From Octopus vulgaris (lineage: Eukaryota): a stretch of DNA of 64,000 nucleotides. Positions 13,490-26,902 of this stretch are shown here, in pieces. A program made the translations under genes and the position numbers. Numbering within the stretch: position 1 is the first letter of the stretch; each line of letters starts with the position of its first letter. A model generated the notes under the pieces. The model made no database searches. It worked only from the letters and a program-made list of their open reading frames with translations, and was not told where the DNA came from. The stretch spans positions 158,286,001-158,350,000 of the forward strand of contig OX597815.1 in NCBI GenBank assembly GCA_951406725.2, given 5' to 3'.

Positions 13490-14280
13490 ATTTTTAACTG
13501 CTTCCGTACTGTGGTTTCTCGTTTGTACCTAACAATCTTCAGCAGACTTGCACACTAGCTGGAAAAGCAAAATACAGTATAATATGGTTGTATCACTTGA
13601 TGTGTGACCTAACTAGTACTTTGTTATCCTAAAAAGAGACACCAAAGTTTTCATACTATGTTTACAAATGATTGGTTCTGTTTTTTTTCTGTTCTTTATC
13701 ACTGTGGAATTGTTTATGGCATAATATTTTTCAGTTGAATATAAACTGCATCATTTTGAAGCATTACTCAATAGAGTAGCTGCATCCAAGATAGACCACG
13801 TGATATCAATAAACTTGCCTTGTCTGTCTTTTTTTTCCTAAATGTATTTTCAGAGTGACATACCATTTTATGTATATTTTTTGTCACGGTGTTTGAAAGA
13901 GATATTCTTAAATGAGTTTTCTTTTTGGCCAGAGTTAGACACCTTCAACCGTTTTATCATTTTTAACTGTAATAACTTGATACACTATGTTGTCACTTAC
14001 ACATTGATTATCTAAAAATACAACTCAATGCTTCAGTGGCTGAATTTATCTCTTCTTTGATATGTTCTGTTTTGTATTGTGTCATAAGATTCTGTTTTTG
14101 TGTTACGAAATTATTTTCATTATACAGGGTCCTCTTATATAGTTCCCTTTGAATCATTTATAGAACTTGTATTTGAGGAAATGTTTGTTGAATGAGAAGA
14201 GGTACTGAGATAGGCAACAACTCTTGTAGCGAGTGAACTGTACGCTTTGTATAGCTGAAGGGGCTATTGGTGGATACTTG
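13490..14280 (-). mobile_element. Penelope-like retroelement 3' relic (linker plus GIY-YIG endonuclease; Naiad-type)
   Basis: Minus strand: NKHFLKYKFYK*F..IIS*HKNRIL, DNQCVSDNIVYQ, SL*KYI*EKK..ITWSILD..C..TEK, CKH; degenerate HHR at 13496-13547. Confidence 0.75.
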
Positions 14281-14289
14281 ATTGTACAC

Positions 14290-15349
14290 TTATTATTCCT
14301 GTGAAAAGTTGCCTTATCAGAGAAGAGGCTGCTTATTTCTTCGGAATATTAATGGAGTATTTCATTCTAATACTATTACACAGCAGACAGTATCAAATTG
14401 GTTTGCAAAATTTCGTTCTGATAACTTTGACCTCACAAATGAGCAACGCGGTCGACCGGAAACAAAGGTGGATAATGACGAACTGTCGAGTCAGATCCAT
14501 CTCAAAGTACCCGTAAATTATCGTTATTTGCTATTAGCAAGCAAAAAATATTGACTCATCTAGTTCAAATCGGTAAAGTGAAAAAGTTGGGTAAGTGGTT
14601 TCCACATGAACTCAATGAAAATCAGAAACAGCAACGTTTAGAAGCCTGCATTATGCTACATTCTCATCACAAAAATGAATCATTTTTCAATCGAATTGTG
14701 ACAAGTGATGAGAAATGGATCCAATACAACAATCGTAAACGTTCAGTACAATGGCTGGGCAAAGACGAGCCACCAAAACACAGTCCAAAAAGCAAAATTC
14801 ATCAAAAGAAGCTGATGGTATGAGTTTGGTGGTCTGGCGCAAGTCTGATCCATTATAATTTCATTAAACCTGGCTCATCAATCACAGCTGAAGTACACTG
14901 CAGCCAACTGGACCAAATGATGCTGAAGCTTACGAAAAAAAAACAGCCTGGATTAGTCAACCGATCCACTCCTATTTTATTGCAAGACAACACCAGACCA
15001 CACACCGCAAAAATGACATTGGCAAAACTACAGGAGTTGGAAGTTCACCATCATCCACCATACTCACCTGATCTTGCCCGCACTGACTATCACTTCTTCC
15101 AGAATTTGGATAATTTTTTGAGAGGATAAAAGTTTAATTCCGATGATTTGGTAAAACAGGTCTTCCAAGATTTTATTGACTCCAGATTGTCAGGCTTTTA
15201 TAGTTCTGGGCTGGACAAGTTACCGCTGAAATGGCAAAAGTGTATTGACAACATGGGTGCATACTTTGATGAATAAAACTATTCATTGTATTTATAAAAC
15301 ATTAGCAAACATTTTTTCTTTTCTACAAATTTCATATTTGACGACCTAA
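14290..15349 (+). mobile_element. 5'-truncated mariner (DD34D-type) relic
   Basis: WFAKFRS..RGRP, WFPHEL, TSDEKW, LQDNTRPH, HPPYSPDLARTDYHFF; right TIR ...ATATTTGACGACCTAA, then TA. Confidence 0.92.
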
Positions 15350-15527
15350 TATTACAATTTAATATTCTTATTATGTTTTGAGTTGATTTTTATCCACTTT
15401 CTTTGAGTGACACAGACCATAACAAGTTGTTGCTGCAGGTGTGTAGCCATACGAGAATCCTGACCCAAAAAATATACGATAAAAAGTATTTGAGAACATT
15501 TTATTTTCAGAATGTATTTAGGAAAAT

Positions 15528-15922
15528 GCGGCGAGCTGGCGGAAATGCTAGCACGCCGGGCGAAATCCTTAGTGGTATTTCATCTGCCGTTACGTTCTGA
15601 GTTCAAATTCCGCCGAGGTCGACTTTGCCGTTCATCCTTTCGGGGTCGATAAATTAAGTACCAGTTGCGCACTGGGGTCGATATAATCGACTTACTCCGT
15701 CTGTCTGTCCTTGTTTGTCTCCTCTGTGTTTAGCCCCTTGTGGGTAGTAAAGAAATAGGTATTTCGTCTGCCGTTACATTCTGAGTTCAAATTCCGCCGA
15801 GGTCGACTTTGCCTTTCATCCTTTCAGGGTCGATAAATTAAGTACCAGTTACGCACTGGGGTCGATATAATCGACTGGCCTCCTCCCACAAAAATTTCGG
15901 GCCTTGTGCCTAGAGTAGAAAA
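15528..15922 (+). mobile_element. SINE family A dimer inside one TSD
   Basis: Two core units; flanking TGTAT(T/C)TAGGAA repeats. Confidence 0.88.
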
Positions 15923-16147
15923 GACTGTATCTAGGAATTTTTTTATTAAAGACGTTAATGTGTGAGTTAAAGATATATTTAATTGCTGTGTTTAACAGGC
16001 TGAGAGATTCTTTGGTTGATTTGATTACCATTAATTTCCTCATAATCTCGCCGATTTTCTTTCTTTCATTCTATGTATTGAATCGGCGGAGTGTCTGTCG
16101 AGAGTATGTCACTGCTGGTACCATTGAATGAAACACGTTCAATATTG

Positions 16148-16322
16148 GCTTCAAATTTTGGTACAAGGCCAGCAAGTAGATTATATCAACTCCACAGTGC
16201 TCGGCATCGAAAGGACAAAAGCAAAGTCGACTTCAGCGGAATTTGAACTCAGAACGTAAAAAAGGACCAAGTGCCGTTAAGCGTTTTTCTCGACGTGCTA
16301 ATGATTCCGCCGGCTCACCGCC
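16148..16322 (-). mobile_element. SINE family A, degraded
   Basis: GCAAAGTCGACTTCAGCGGAATTTGAACTCAGAACG. Confidence 0.8.
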
Positions 16323-16719
16323 TTAAACGCGTCCAATATAACAAAATAAAGAAAGGAGAAATAATTCGGTTATAAACGCGAAAATGCTTTAATAGGTCGG
16401 TCGATATAATCGACAAGCCTCGTTTCCGTAATATTTCTGTCCTTCTACCAAATTTTGAAGCAATTATTAATTCACTCTACATATCTTTTATTTTTGCTCA
16501 TTCATTTTAATAATATGCATTAAAAAATATGCGATAATTGTTGCCTTTATACAAAATATAGTTATGTGATAACCTTATATTCATATTTTTTTATGTTGTG
16601 AGGGAAGGAACTTTGGTGTTACTTTATGTGTGACACTCATAATTCTAGGATTATGAGTAACATTTTGAAAACTAGATGCGAGTTGAACAGATGTTTAGTT
16701 ATCAAAAATCAAGCGTAAG

Positions 16720-17190
16720 AGGACGCTGGCATAGATTTACGTTTGCAACAAGTAATCGATAAAAATTGTGGAAGTTAAAATACTGTATATATATATAATA
16801 TGGAGGACGGAATTTGAACCTTAAAAACGTCATCCCGAAACAAGGAGTCGTCTTAAACACTGAGTATAAAATTCGAACTTTAACATATTGTGATTTAGAG
16901 TATCGCCAACGGCAATGGGACCAACTTAAAACACTCACATTACTCCTATGGTCTTACTATTGTTTACAGATAAAACTCTCTATGATTTGCCAAGCATTAT
17001 AAACCTCGCATTTCTTCATACTTTGAAATATTTAAAGACGGGGTTTCTTAAAAAGGCTCTAGTTGCCACCCTGTCATAAGCAGCACCACTCTACCAATCT
17101 CGGCGAATATAGCTCAAAGCTTGCATTTTAAGAGGAAATTTTAGGTGTCTTCTTATGCACCCAGTCGGCTTATACACCGGCATATGCTGT
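16720..17190. mobile_element. pogo/Tc2-like DNA transposon fragments
   Basis: GTCGTCTTAAACAC and GTCGGCTTATACACCGGCATATGCTGTA terminal-like motifs. Confidence 0.35.
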
Positions 17191-17379
17191 AACTGTAGTT
17201 ACCGGGTTACTGTAATTGTTTAAGCTCATGGCCAATACTGATGCAGCAGACGTGTGATCGAAAGCATTCTAGCTATAACTATTTCTATGCCTTCGTTGTC
17301 TTACGTTTTATTTAAACCGTTGGTTGTGATGTTAAGAAGATTTAGCTGTTATTTCAGAAAATAGAGCGAGGGTGTAGAC

Positions 17380-17522
17380 CAATGGTTCTCCACCTGTGGT
17401 CCGTGGACTCTGGTGGTCCACAAAGCTAGTTAAGCAGACAGACCTTTCAATATCCTGGGGTCTGTGGGAAAACTCATTTAAATAAAAGGGGTCCTTGATA
17501 GTGAAAAGGTTGGGAGCTACAG
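17380..17522. mobile_element. hAT (Charlie-like) MITE
   Basis: TIRs CAATGGTTCTCCACCT / AGGTTGGGAGCTACAG; perfect 8-bp TSD GTGTAGAC at 17372-17379 and 17523-17530. Confidence 0.85.
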
Positions 17523-17600
17523 GTGTAGACTCTACACCGTCGTTCTACGTCGTAGAGGTTCGTTGGACCATTTTTGATGTTGCTGTTTATTACAAAAGTG

Positions 17601-18030
17601 GGATCTTTTCGGTTTGAACGGCAGTTTTTAACATAATTTCTAGGTAACTAAAACATTTTAAACTTCCTATACTGGTAGAATGTGTTTATAAAACATCTTT
17701 TTCTCTTGGCTTTCTTGAGAAAATTCTATAGTTTATAAGATATTTGTTGCTTTTTTTCTTCAATTTCTGCAATTTCAACCAATCGATGACGTCCATTGAG
17801 GTAGAAAAAAAACATTCTGTGCCGTATGAATATGTCCCTCGTTTAAGAAACAGATTGGGTTTAGTTACATTTGTGAAGAAAAAAAGATACCATTCCCCCA
17901 CCCCTAACCCTAACTAACCCTAACTCTAAAACAGATTGAAATGCAATAGATCGATACTAGGGTCATAATTATGGGTAACAATTTCATATGACACCGCTAG
18001 AAAAAACTGCCGTTCAAACCGAAAAGATCC
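17601..18030. mobile_element. MITE with 8-bp TSD and GG termini (Merlin-like; superfamily uncertain)
   Basis: Perfect TIR GGATCTTTTCGGTTTGAACGGCAGTTTTT; TSD CAAAAGTG on both sides; internal CCCTAACCCTAACTAACCCTAAC. Confidence 0.9.
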
Positions 18031-18180
18031 CAAAAGTGTAATTCTAACTAAAATAAATACAAGCGAAGATAATCAAAATAAAATAAAAAACACATAAAAA
18101 CTGTTACCTGAATATTTTCGATGCTAAGAAATACAAACAATATGTTTTCTGAGTTATTCTGTGATAAAGCAATCCTTGTA

Positions 18181-18237
<57 letters not shown>

Positions 18238-18665
18238 CTATCTGTGTTTATATGTTTTTATTTCGTTCAGGTTGTTAACTACCTGCTTATTTGCTCAAAT
18301 ATTTATCTATTTATTTACCTGTCATCTCCTGCCCACGACACATTCATTCGTAACTAATCAACATCCTTTACAGAACCTCTACGTTCGATTCTTCAAGCGA
18401 CAAAAACATAGTCTATTTGTATTAAGTAATTTTCTCCCGTTTACGCAAACATATATACACGTTTATATATATCCGCGTGCGCCCGTATGTGTATGTATGT
18501 ATGTATTATACAGTAACAGTTTAATTCAGTTCCGTGCAACTTAAAATTTCATAGGCTCGTACAACGAACTAAAGTCATCAACATCTTGATGCCTGACTGT
18601 TATTAAATAATGTATGCAGATTCTACCAAATGTGTTGCCTACCACTTTCATTTGTTCATTGACTC

Positions 18666-18696
<31 letters not shown>

Positions 18697-18790
18697 TGTA
18701 TGTATGTATGTATGTATGTATGTATGTATGTATGTATGTACGTATGTACGAATGTATGCATGTAAGTATGTATGTATGTATGTATGTATG

Positions 18791-18852
<62 letters not shown>

Positions 18853-18945
18853 TGTATGTATGAATGTATGAATGTATATATGTATGTATATATGTATGTA
18901 TATTTGGATGTATGCAAGTACGCATGTACGAACGTATGTATGTTT

Positions 18946-19352
18946 GGATCTTTTCGGTTTGAACGGCAGTTTTTAACATAATTTCTAGGTTAACTAAAAA
19001 ATTTTAAACGTCGTATACTGGTAGAATGAGTTTATAAAACATCATTTTCTCTTGGCTTTCTTGAGAAAATTGTATAGTTTGTAAGATATTTCGTCTTTAA
19101 TTTCTTGCATTTCGGCAATTTTAACCAATCACTGACGTCCGTTTAGGTAAATAACATTCTGTGCCGTATGAATATGTCCCTCGTTTAAGAAACAGATTGG
19201 GTTTATTTACATTTGTGAAGAAAAAAAGATACCCTTCCCCCACCCCTAACCCTAACTAACCCTAAATCTAAAATAAATTGAAATGCAATAGATCGATACT
19301 AGGCTCATGATTATGGGGGACAATTTCATATGACACCGCTAGAAAAACTGCC
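18946..19352. mobile_element. Second copy of the GGATC-TIR MITE, right TIR truncated
   Basis: Colinear with 17601-18030. Confidence 0.9.
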
Positions 19353-20037
19353 ATTTTCTCTGTTTTTATAAATCATATATCATATATCATATAACTCTAG
19401 TGGAGTTGTCAAATTGAACTTTTGCAGGAATTTCGTCTCTTTTTATAGTATTATTGAGTGTGTAGGTGTGGGGAGAGATATAAGATAGTAGAAGAGGTTG
19501 AGGAATGGGGAGAAAGTGAGAAATAGCGCGCGTGTGTGTGTATGTGTATGTATGTGTGTGTGTGTTTGTATCTGAAAGAAGTGTTAAAGAAAAAGAGAAG
19601 GAGAGGAAGAAGTAAGAGAGAAAGAAGAAAAATTTGTTGATTTTTTGCAGCTGGTCAGTCTTTCAATAGTAAATGATTCTTGGCTTTAGAAATGGCAAAC
19701 CCAGCTGGTCACTCCAAGTGGGGCAAAATGTCACTTTTCAAAAAATTGTCTGGATTTCCTTTTATCATTGTCTTGTGAGAGAGAGAGAGAGAGTGTGTAT
19801 GTGTGTATGTGTGCGCATGTGTATAGGAGGAGAGAAAGAAGAAAAAGATGAGTTTACATGTAGACACATTTTTTTTACAATGTAAGCACATTTGAAATCT
19901 GATTATTACTCTCTGTATGAAAGCTCTTATTTAACATTATGAGCATTACAAAATATTTTTTAATGTTAGAATACCATAAACATCGTGAAAACCAGACCAT
20001 GTTTTAACTTTATTCACCTGATATATATATATATAAA

Positions 20038-20430
20038 CTAGCAGTATCGCCCGGCGTTGCTCGGGTTTGTTTCGACCCTTTAGAATTGGAATTTTTGAAA
20101 AGTAAAAGTTTTGCCTTATATAGCTTGTTATTCTCTTTAAATGAACATTTTTCTTGTTGAAATACACCGAAAAATGACGACACAGCAGTAAAAAAATCGT
20201 AAAAAATAGGGATTTTCATAGAAAAAAAAGCACCTTTTTGATGTAAATAAGTTTTGGTGTTAACATGATCCGATTTGAATTTTTTCATCAACGGAAGGAA
20301 GAGCAAGCCTTCTTCTATCATGCTCTCAATTTTGGTCAACTTGCGCCGCAGGGTCTCGGAGGAGATAGTGTTAGTTGAAGGCTACCAAACCTGCCATACA
20401 CAGACAACTTCAGCTTTATATAGAGAGAGA
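20038..20430 (-). mobile_element. Non-autonomous Helitron
   Basis: Minus strand TC start; 3' hairpin CCCGAGCAACGCCGGG followed by CTAG; inserted at A|T. Confidence 0.85.
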
Positions 20431-20622
20431 TTAGAGAAAAGCCACTATTATGTTTAAAAATATATTTTATGTTTAATTTAGGATTTGTTTTATGTCTATC
20501 ATTGTTTGAATTGCATAATAGTGGTTTTTCTCTAATTTATATATATTATATATTTATTTTGTGAAATTTGATTTAATACTAAATTGAATTTTTCCCTGTA
20601 AGTTTGGAGTTATACTCCCTAA

Positions 20623-20750
<128 letters not shown>

Positions 20751-20772
20751 AATATATATACTTACATACATA

Positions 20773-21665
20773 TTGGGTCATCCCATAAATAATACGGTGT
20801 TTTTATACTTCTTTTAATTTTTCAAAATTAAGATAAACAAGGTTCGGCTTTAATCTAAAATATATTCTCCTTCATCTTCTACAATGCTCTTCCATCTATC
20901 TGGTAGACTTGCAAGGCCCCTCTTCAAAAATCCACTCGTCCGTGATGAAAAATATTCCTCCAGTACTGTTCTGACCTCGTCTACAGAGTTCATATTTTTT
21001 CCGTCCAAATCATTTTAAAGTTTGCGGAATTAATGATATGGTGTGTCCAGCGAATATGGTGTGTGAGGCATTGTTTCCCATTCAAATTGTCCAGCCTTTG
21101 GAATATCATCCTCGCTATATGTGGCCGAGCATTATCCTGATTGAAGAACACCTTTCGTCTTGAAACCAAATATGATCCTTTTCCTATGGCACGTAGGTGT
21201 TGATGAATGGTTGAATGACCAAATCCAAGCTTCCTCAACAGCTGTGATGGGATTTTGTTCCACCAGGGTTTTCAGGACGTCCTCGTCGAGCTCTACAGAT
21301 ATTCCAGGATAAGGCTCGTCTTCTAGTCTGTAGTTTCCGGCTCGGAATTTCTGAAACCACTCTTGACACTGGCTTACATTTATTGTCCAATCCCCATATA
21401 ATGCATTAATATTCCTTACACTTGTTGCCTTTATTGAACTTATAAAGCAAAATATGCCGAATATGCTCCTTTGCATGCTTCCATTATAGCTTTAAAAAAA
21501 AAAGCTGCTAATATCAAACTGCACTCTTCAAAACTTGCACCAAGATTAAAGAAAGTTGAAATTAGTACCTCCTTTTATAGCAAGTTAATGCAGGTAGTTT
21601 ATCCCGTCCCCCTCAGTCTTTTATTTCATGCAATTGAAAAGACCACATTATTCATGGGATGACCC

Positions 21666-21667
<2 letters not shown>
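20773..21667 (-). mobile_element. Internally deleted mariner element
   Basis: TIRs TTGGGTCATCCCAT(A/G)AATAAT at both ends; remnants WFQKFRAGNYRLEDEP and FFNQDNARPH. Confidence 0.92.
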
Positions 21668-21751
<84 letters not shown>

Positions 21752-21989
21752 CACACACACACACATAGTTGAATAGCCTGTCTAGGACTATATGTAAAAT
21801 GGTGTAAAAACCATCTGCTGGTATGTCGAAATGATGTATACGTAGGAATAAATTGAAATATGAATGATAAGCTGTGAAAGTGTTGTAAACATTATCGAGT
21901 ACACATATACCTCCAACCGCGTCGAATCGCAGCCGACCGGCGCACTAGTAAAGCACATGTATTGTGTATTGTATGCATTGCTATTCAAT

Positions 21990-22124
21990 TTGCCTCCCGT
22001 ACGGTTCAGGTACGTGGTGTTGATAAGCCGCAAAAATAGCGAAACATCGATGGCCATCTCTCCTAAATGGGACATAGGGTGAGTTATTTCGCTGGTCTGA
22101 GAATCGAACCCACGATCTTACGAT
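21990..22124 (-). mobile_element. Degraded tRNA-derived SINE fragment
   Basis: GAATCGAACCCACGATCTTACGAT is a reverse-complement B-box/anticodon arm. Confidence 0.5.
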
Positions 22125-22273
22125 GTGTGCTTATATGTGTAAGTACGTATGTGCGCGCGCGTGTACATACACACATATACATACACATATACATACATAC
22201 CTGCATATATATAAATATGTATATGTGTAAGTCTATATATATATATATAGTTAAGAGAGCTAGTTAGTTAGTT

Positions 22274-22334
<61 letters not shown>

Positions 22335-22789
22335 GGTGCGTTTCACTATACTTGTAATGAAAGTAATTTTTAAGTGGTTTTGAAAAAAAGGGAAAAAGTT
22401 ATGATTTTCTGCATGTAAGAATGGTATATATTGAATCCAAGTCCGAAATCATATGTAGTAACATTATGCTAGCCTTGAAAGGAAAATAAATTAAATTTAC
22501 TCAGTATGGAAAGAAATACTGTACAGTGGTATAAGTGAATATTGGAACATGCCAACATAGCAAAATATATCAGTAAAACTGTAACAAAGTAAGTAGTAAA
22601 ATAGAATAAATATGCATATTATAGATGCGTACGGACAAAGGAAATATTTCATTAATATTAGTAAACAGCAATCAGTAGGAAAATTTGAACGCATTCTAAT
22701 AGAGAATGATATTTCAATGAATAGGATAGGTTCCATAGCAATCAGCCAAGTGCGATAAATATAACAAAAAAGATATCAAGTTATCATTA

Positions 22790-23043
22790 ATCATCTGCAA
22801 AATTTTAGAAATCACCATCTTGAGAGCAAAGTAAACCGTCATTAGGGCCTGAAAAACTCATTCCTACAATTAGCATTTATACTATTTACTTCATCAATGA
22901 AATTTTCTGCGATCAGACGTGGGCCTTCAATATTTTCTTCAAACAATAAATTGCTCACAGTAGCACCAAGACTAGAGTCGTAGTTCGTAAATACTTTCAT
23001 TATTACTTACCCCTTTTTTCTTTACAGCATTCCATATACTTGT
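22790..23043 (-). mobile_element. Possible Penelope-like GIY-YIG C-terminal relic
   Basis: Frameshifted IWNAVKKK, SNLLFEENI and NCRNEFF resemble the KYIW / CxLCxxEK / NxRxE motifs. Confidence 0.35.
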
Positions 23044-23054
23044 AATCCTCGCAC

Positions 23055-23439
23055 GTGGAGGCGCAATGGCCCAGTGGTTAGGGCAGCGGACTCGCGGTCA
23101 TAGGATCGCGGTTTCGATTCCCAGACCGGGCGTTGTGAGTGTTTATTGAGCGAAAACACCTAAAAGCTCCACGAGGCTCCGGCAGGGGATGGTGGTGATC
23201 CCTACTGTACTCTTTCACCACAACTTTCTCTCACTCTTACTTCCTGTTTCTGATGTACCTGTATTTCAAGGGGCCGGCCTTGTCACTCTCTGTGTCACGC
23301 TGAATATCCCCGAGAACTACGTTAAGGGTGCACGTGTCTGTGGAGTGCTCAGCCATTTACACGTTAATTTCACGAGCAGGCTGTTCCGTTGATTCGGATC
23401 AACCGGAACCCTCGTCGTCGTAACCGACGGAGTGCTTCC
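23055..23439 (+). mobile_element. tRNA-derived SINE family C, full length
   Basis: TGGCCCAGTGG A-box, GGTTTCGATTCC B-box; 11-bp TSD AATCCTCGCAC at 23044-23054 and 23440-23450. Confidence 0.92.
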
Positions 23440-23834
23440 AATCCTCGCACACACACATCTGTGTAATAATGAGTATTTTATTTCTTCTTGTTCACGTCAC
23501 TTCAACATCTGAATTCTATTTCCATTCGTTCTATTCTTCCCTCTTCCGGCGTCTATCCTTGAAATAGCATAGTGACTGCGATATCTTAGGAACGGAAGTA
23601 ATTGATTAGATCTCCCTGGTATTAGTCTTATGAGTCTGAAACTGATCTCAAACTAATATGGTAGACTTCTTCAATAGCACACTAGGACTCTTGGACCGCA
23701 CTCCAGCTATTCACATTTCCATTCTAACCACATTTCCATTCTAATGACGATCGCTTCTGATACGACCCTATGGAGGAGGTGCTTGTCAGATTGCAGTTAG
23801 TTGTCATCAGCGCAGCTTGCTAAAACAATTTTGA

Positions 23835-24220
23835 AACAAATGCCACCGTGGACAGGTACTTGTTCATCGATCCCAAAAGGCTGAAAGACAAAGCTGAGTT
23901 TGACAGGATTTGAACTTAGAGTGGAGTGGTAAATACCATGAGACATTCCATCCGGCGCTCTAACAACCCCACCAAACATCCGAATTGGATGTTGAATGTA
24001 AACTTACGTAGCTAAATACTGCCAGGCATTTTGTTCGCCGCTCTACCGATCCTAAAAATCTGCCTTTTTTATAATTATGTCAGCAATTATTTTCCGAGTT
24101 CAAGTCTCGCCTAGGACGTCTTTGACATTCAGCATTCCAGAGTCGATAAAATAAGTACTAGTCAAGTGCTGCAGTCACTCCTTCCTCAGATTTTGAGGCC
24201 TTGCACCATTGCTAGAAACC
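23835..24220. mobile_element. Cluster of old SINE family A fragments, both strands
   Basis: GGATTTGAACTTAG (minus) and GAGTTCAAG...GTCGATAAAATAAGTAC (plus). Confidence 0.6.
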
Positions 24221-24653
24221 ATTGATACTTACAATTCTTGTAGTTCATATATTCATATATTTCAGGGCTATGGAATGGATAAATCGTTTGAACAGCAGAT
24301 AGAATACAAAACGTTATGAGCACATTTCCTCCATCTCTCTCTGATCATTGGCATTGCATTGGGTTCTGTCTATGATTGACAAATGAGACTATTTCAGGCT
24401 GTGATCTTTTCATCTATTACTGGGACGCTCTCCCTTTTTTTATTTTTATATACAGGTATCATGACCTACAGATAGCTTTTAAAAAAACCACAAGTTGAAC
24501 GTGACCAAACAGTTTTAGGAAATTTATTTTAACTTTGCAAAAACTAGTTGTAGTTGTGTTCTTTCTCGATGATTTAGTTTTTAAGTCTATCAACACTCTC
24601 ATAACAATCCGTCTATCCAGAATACAGTATGTCCGAAAGTGAACTCTGTATAC

Positions 24654-25082
24654 AGGCGCAGGGATTGGTGGGCAAGAAACTTGCTTCCCAGTTATTTCCT
24701 GGGCTCAGTTCCATTGCTAGCGTATTGTACTATAACCCCAGGCCGACTAAAGCCTTGTAAGTGGATTTGGCAAACGGAACTGAAACGAGCCTGTTTTATG
24801 TATGTATGTATGTATGTATGTATGTATGTATGTATGTATGTATGTATGTATGTATGTATGCATGTATGTATGCGCGCGCGTGTGTGTGTATGGTTTGTTT
24901 TTGCGTTTGTGTTCGTCATCTCCCCACCGGTTGGCAATCAGAGCTGATTTGTTTACGTCTCCGTAACTTAGCCATTCGACAAAAGAACCTGATAGACTAA
25001 TGAAAAAAGACGTAAGTTTCGGGATCTATTAATTCGACTGAATGGCCGCTGTCCAATGACTAAAACAAGTAAAAGAGAAAAG
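24654..25082 (+). mobile_element. SINE family B, diverged
   Basis: AGGCGCAGG head, GCCTTGTAAGTGGATTTGG, tail AATGACTAAAACAAGTAAAAGA. Confidence 0.82.
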
Positions 25083-25156
25083 ATATACGGATCTTCGATA
25101 ACTTAATCGTTACCCATCGCTCTGACATGCAAACGGTATTGTGTTATTTCTGTCTA

Positions 25157-25700
25157 AGGCACCGAGCAGGCAGAGTCGTTAGCACACCAGACAAAATTCT
25201 AAGCAGTATTTCGTCAGTCTTATGCTCCGATTTCAAATTCCGCCTTGGTCGATGCTCCCTTTAATCCCTTCGGAATCGGTGAAATAAGTACCAGTTGAAC
25301 ACTAGGGTCGATGTGATCGACTAATCTTGCCCCTTCGCTCAAAATTTTAGGCCTTGTGCCTATAGTAGAAAAGATATTCAGTTATGCCTAAAGTAGCGAG
25401 CTGGTAGAATCGTTAACATGTCGCACAAAATGCTTAGCAGCATTTTGTCCGTCTTAACGTTCTGAGTTCAAATTCTGCCGAGGTTGAATATGCCGTTCAT
25501 CCTTTCAGGGTTAATAAAATAAGTACCAGTTGATAAAATAAGTACCAGGGTCGAAGTTATCGACTAGCATCCCCTACTCCAAATTTTCAGGTCTTGTGCT
25601 TATAGTGAAAAGTATATTTAGTTATGTCTGTTTTCATTCAGAGTTCAAATAGGGTAGTGGGCCAACTTTACTTTTCATCTTTCCGGGCTCGATAAAAAAA
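25157..25700 (+). mobile_element. Two tandem SINE family A copies plus a fragment
   Basis: Heads at about 25157 and 25393; tails GCCTTGTGCCTATAGTAGAAAAG. Confidence 0.8.
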
Positions 25701-26337
25701 AAAAATAACTAACACTCAAATGTTGTCACTATGATATACTTTTCTACAAATGGTCGTTATGTTAGAAGCCATTTACTCTATAATTCTCATATTAATCAAT
25801 TAAAACAGCCGATTGATAACTATATATCACCTGCACTTTAATTGATTTGCTGTACAATATCAATCAAAGATATTTTGAGTCTACAAAACAGGACTGGTTG
25901 AGTTGCAAATTCTCACCATTTAATTCCATTTGCTGGCATTTAAACGTGTAGAAATTCTCGCTTGTCCACTATATCTTTATCGGAATTTGATCTTTTAGGA
26001 TTTTATTCGTTAATAGTACATACACACAACTACATAACACTACACTACGCTACACAAGCATATATATATATATATAGACTCACATGCACTCATACATGCA
26101 CACACTTATACACACATACACACGTGCACATTTGTACACACATTCACACGTGTGTTTTTACATGTACACGCACTCACGAAACGTTATTATATACGTAGGT
26201 GTATATCTGTGAGTAAATAAAATGAATGAGTATATACGTATGTACCAATATAAAGCAGTGAATGCATGTACGCGTGTACGTGTGTGTTTATAATTCATTA
26301 CACGCATTTGTGAGCAGTAATGTCGTTCAATCTATGG

Positions 26338-26371
26338 TTATACATACATACATGCATGCATACATACATAC

Positions 26372-26432
<61 letters not shown>

Positions 26433-26540
26433 AGATAATGGTGTCACTGAGACCCAAAGGTGTCAGGTAATGCTGAATAAGTGCTATAGACAGATCATAG
26501 TTAAGTTCCACATTCGGTAATGTTGCGAATAAAGGGTTAT

Positions 26541-26610
<70 letters not shown>

Positions 26611-26718
26611 GTATACATACATGCACACACATATGCATATGGATATATTTATATATATGCATTTACATATGTTAGTATGTATATATCATATATGTATGTA
26701 TGTATGTGTGTATATACG

Positions 26719-26753
<35 letters not shown>

Positions 26754-26812
26754 TTACATATATATATAAATATATATATGTTATGTCTGTATGTACGTAT
26801 ATGTATACACAC

Positions 26813-26902
<90 letters not shown>

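Noticed and set aside
17902-17923. True telomere or chromosome-fusion site
   Set aside because: Only 3-4 imperfect units, internal to a MITE.
19651-19774. Exon candidate after TTTTTTGCAG containing MANPAGHSKW (YebC/TACO1-like start)
   Set aside because: All three frames from the acceptor hit stops and the similarity is only about 6 residues; a non-coding role is not excluded.
23058-23130. tRNA gene (also 35907-35980 and 8050-8115)
   Set aside because: tRNA-like SINE heads that continue into SINE bodies; acceptor stems do not close.
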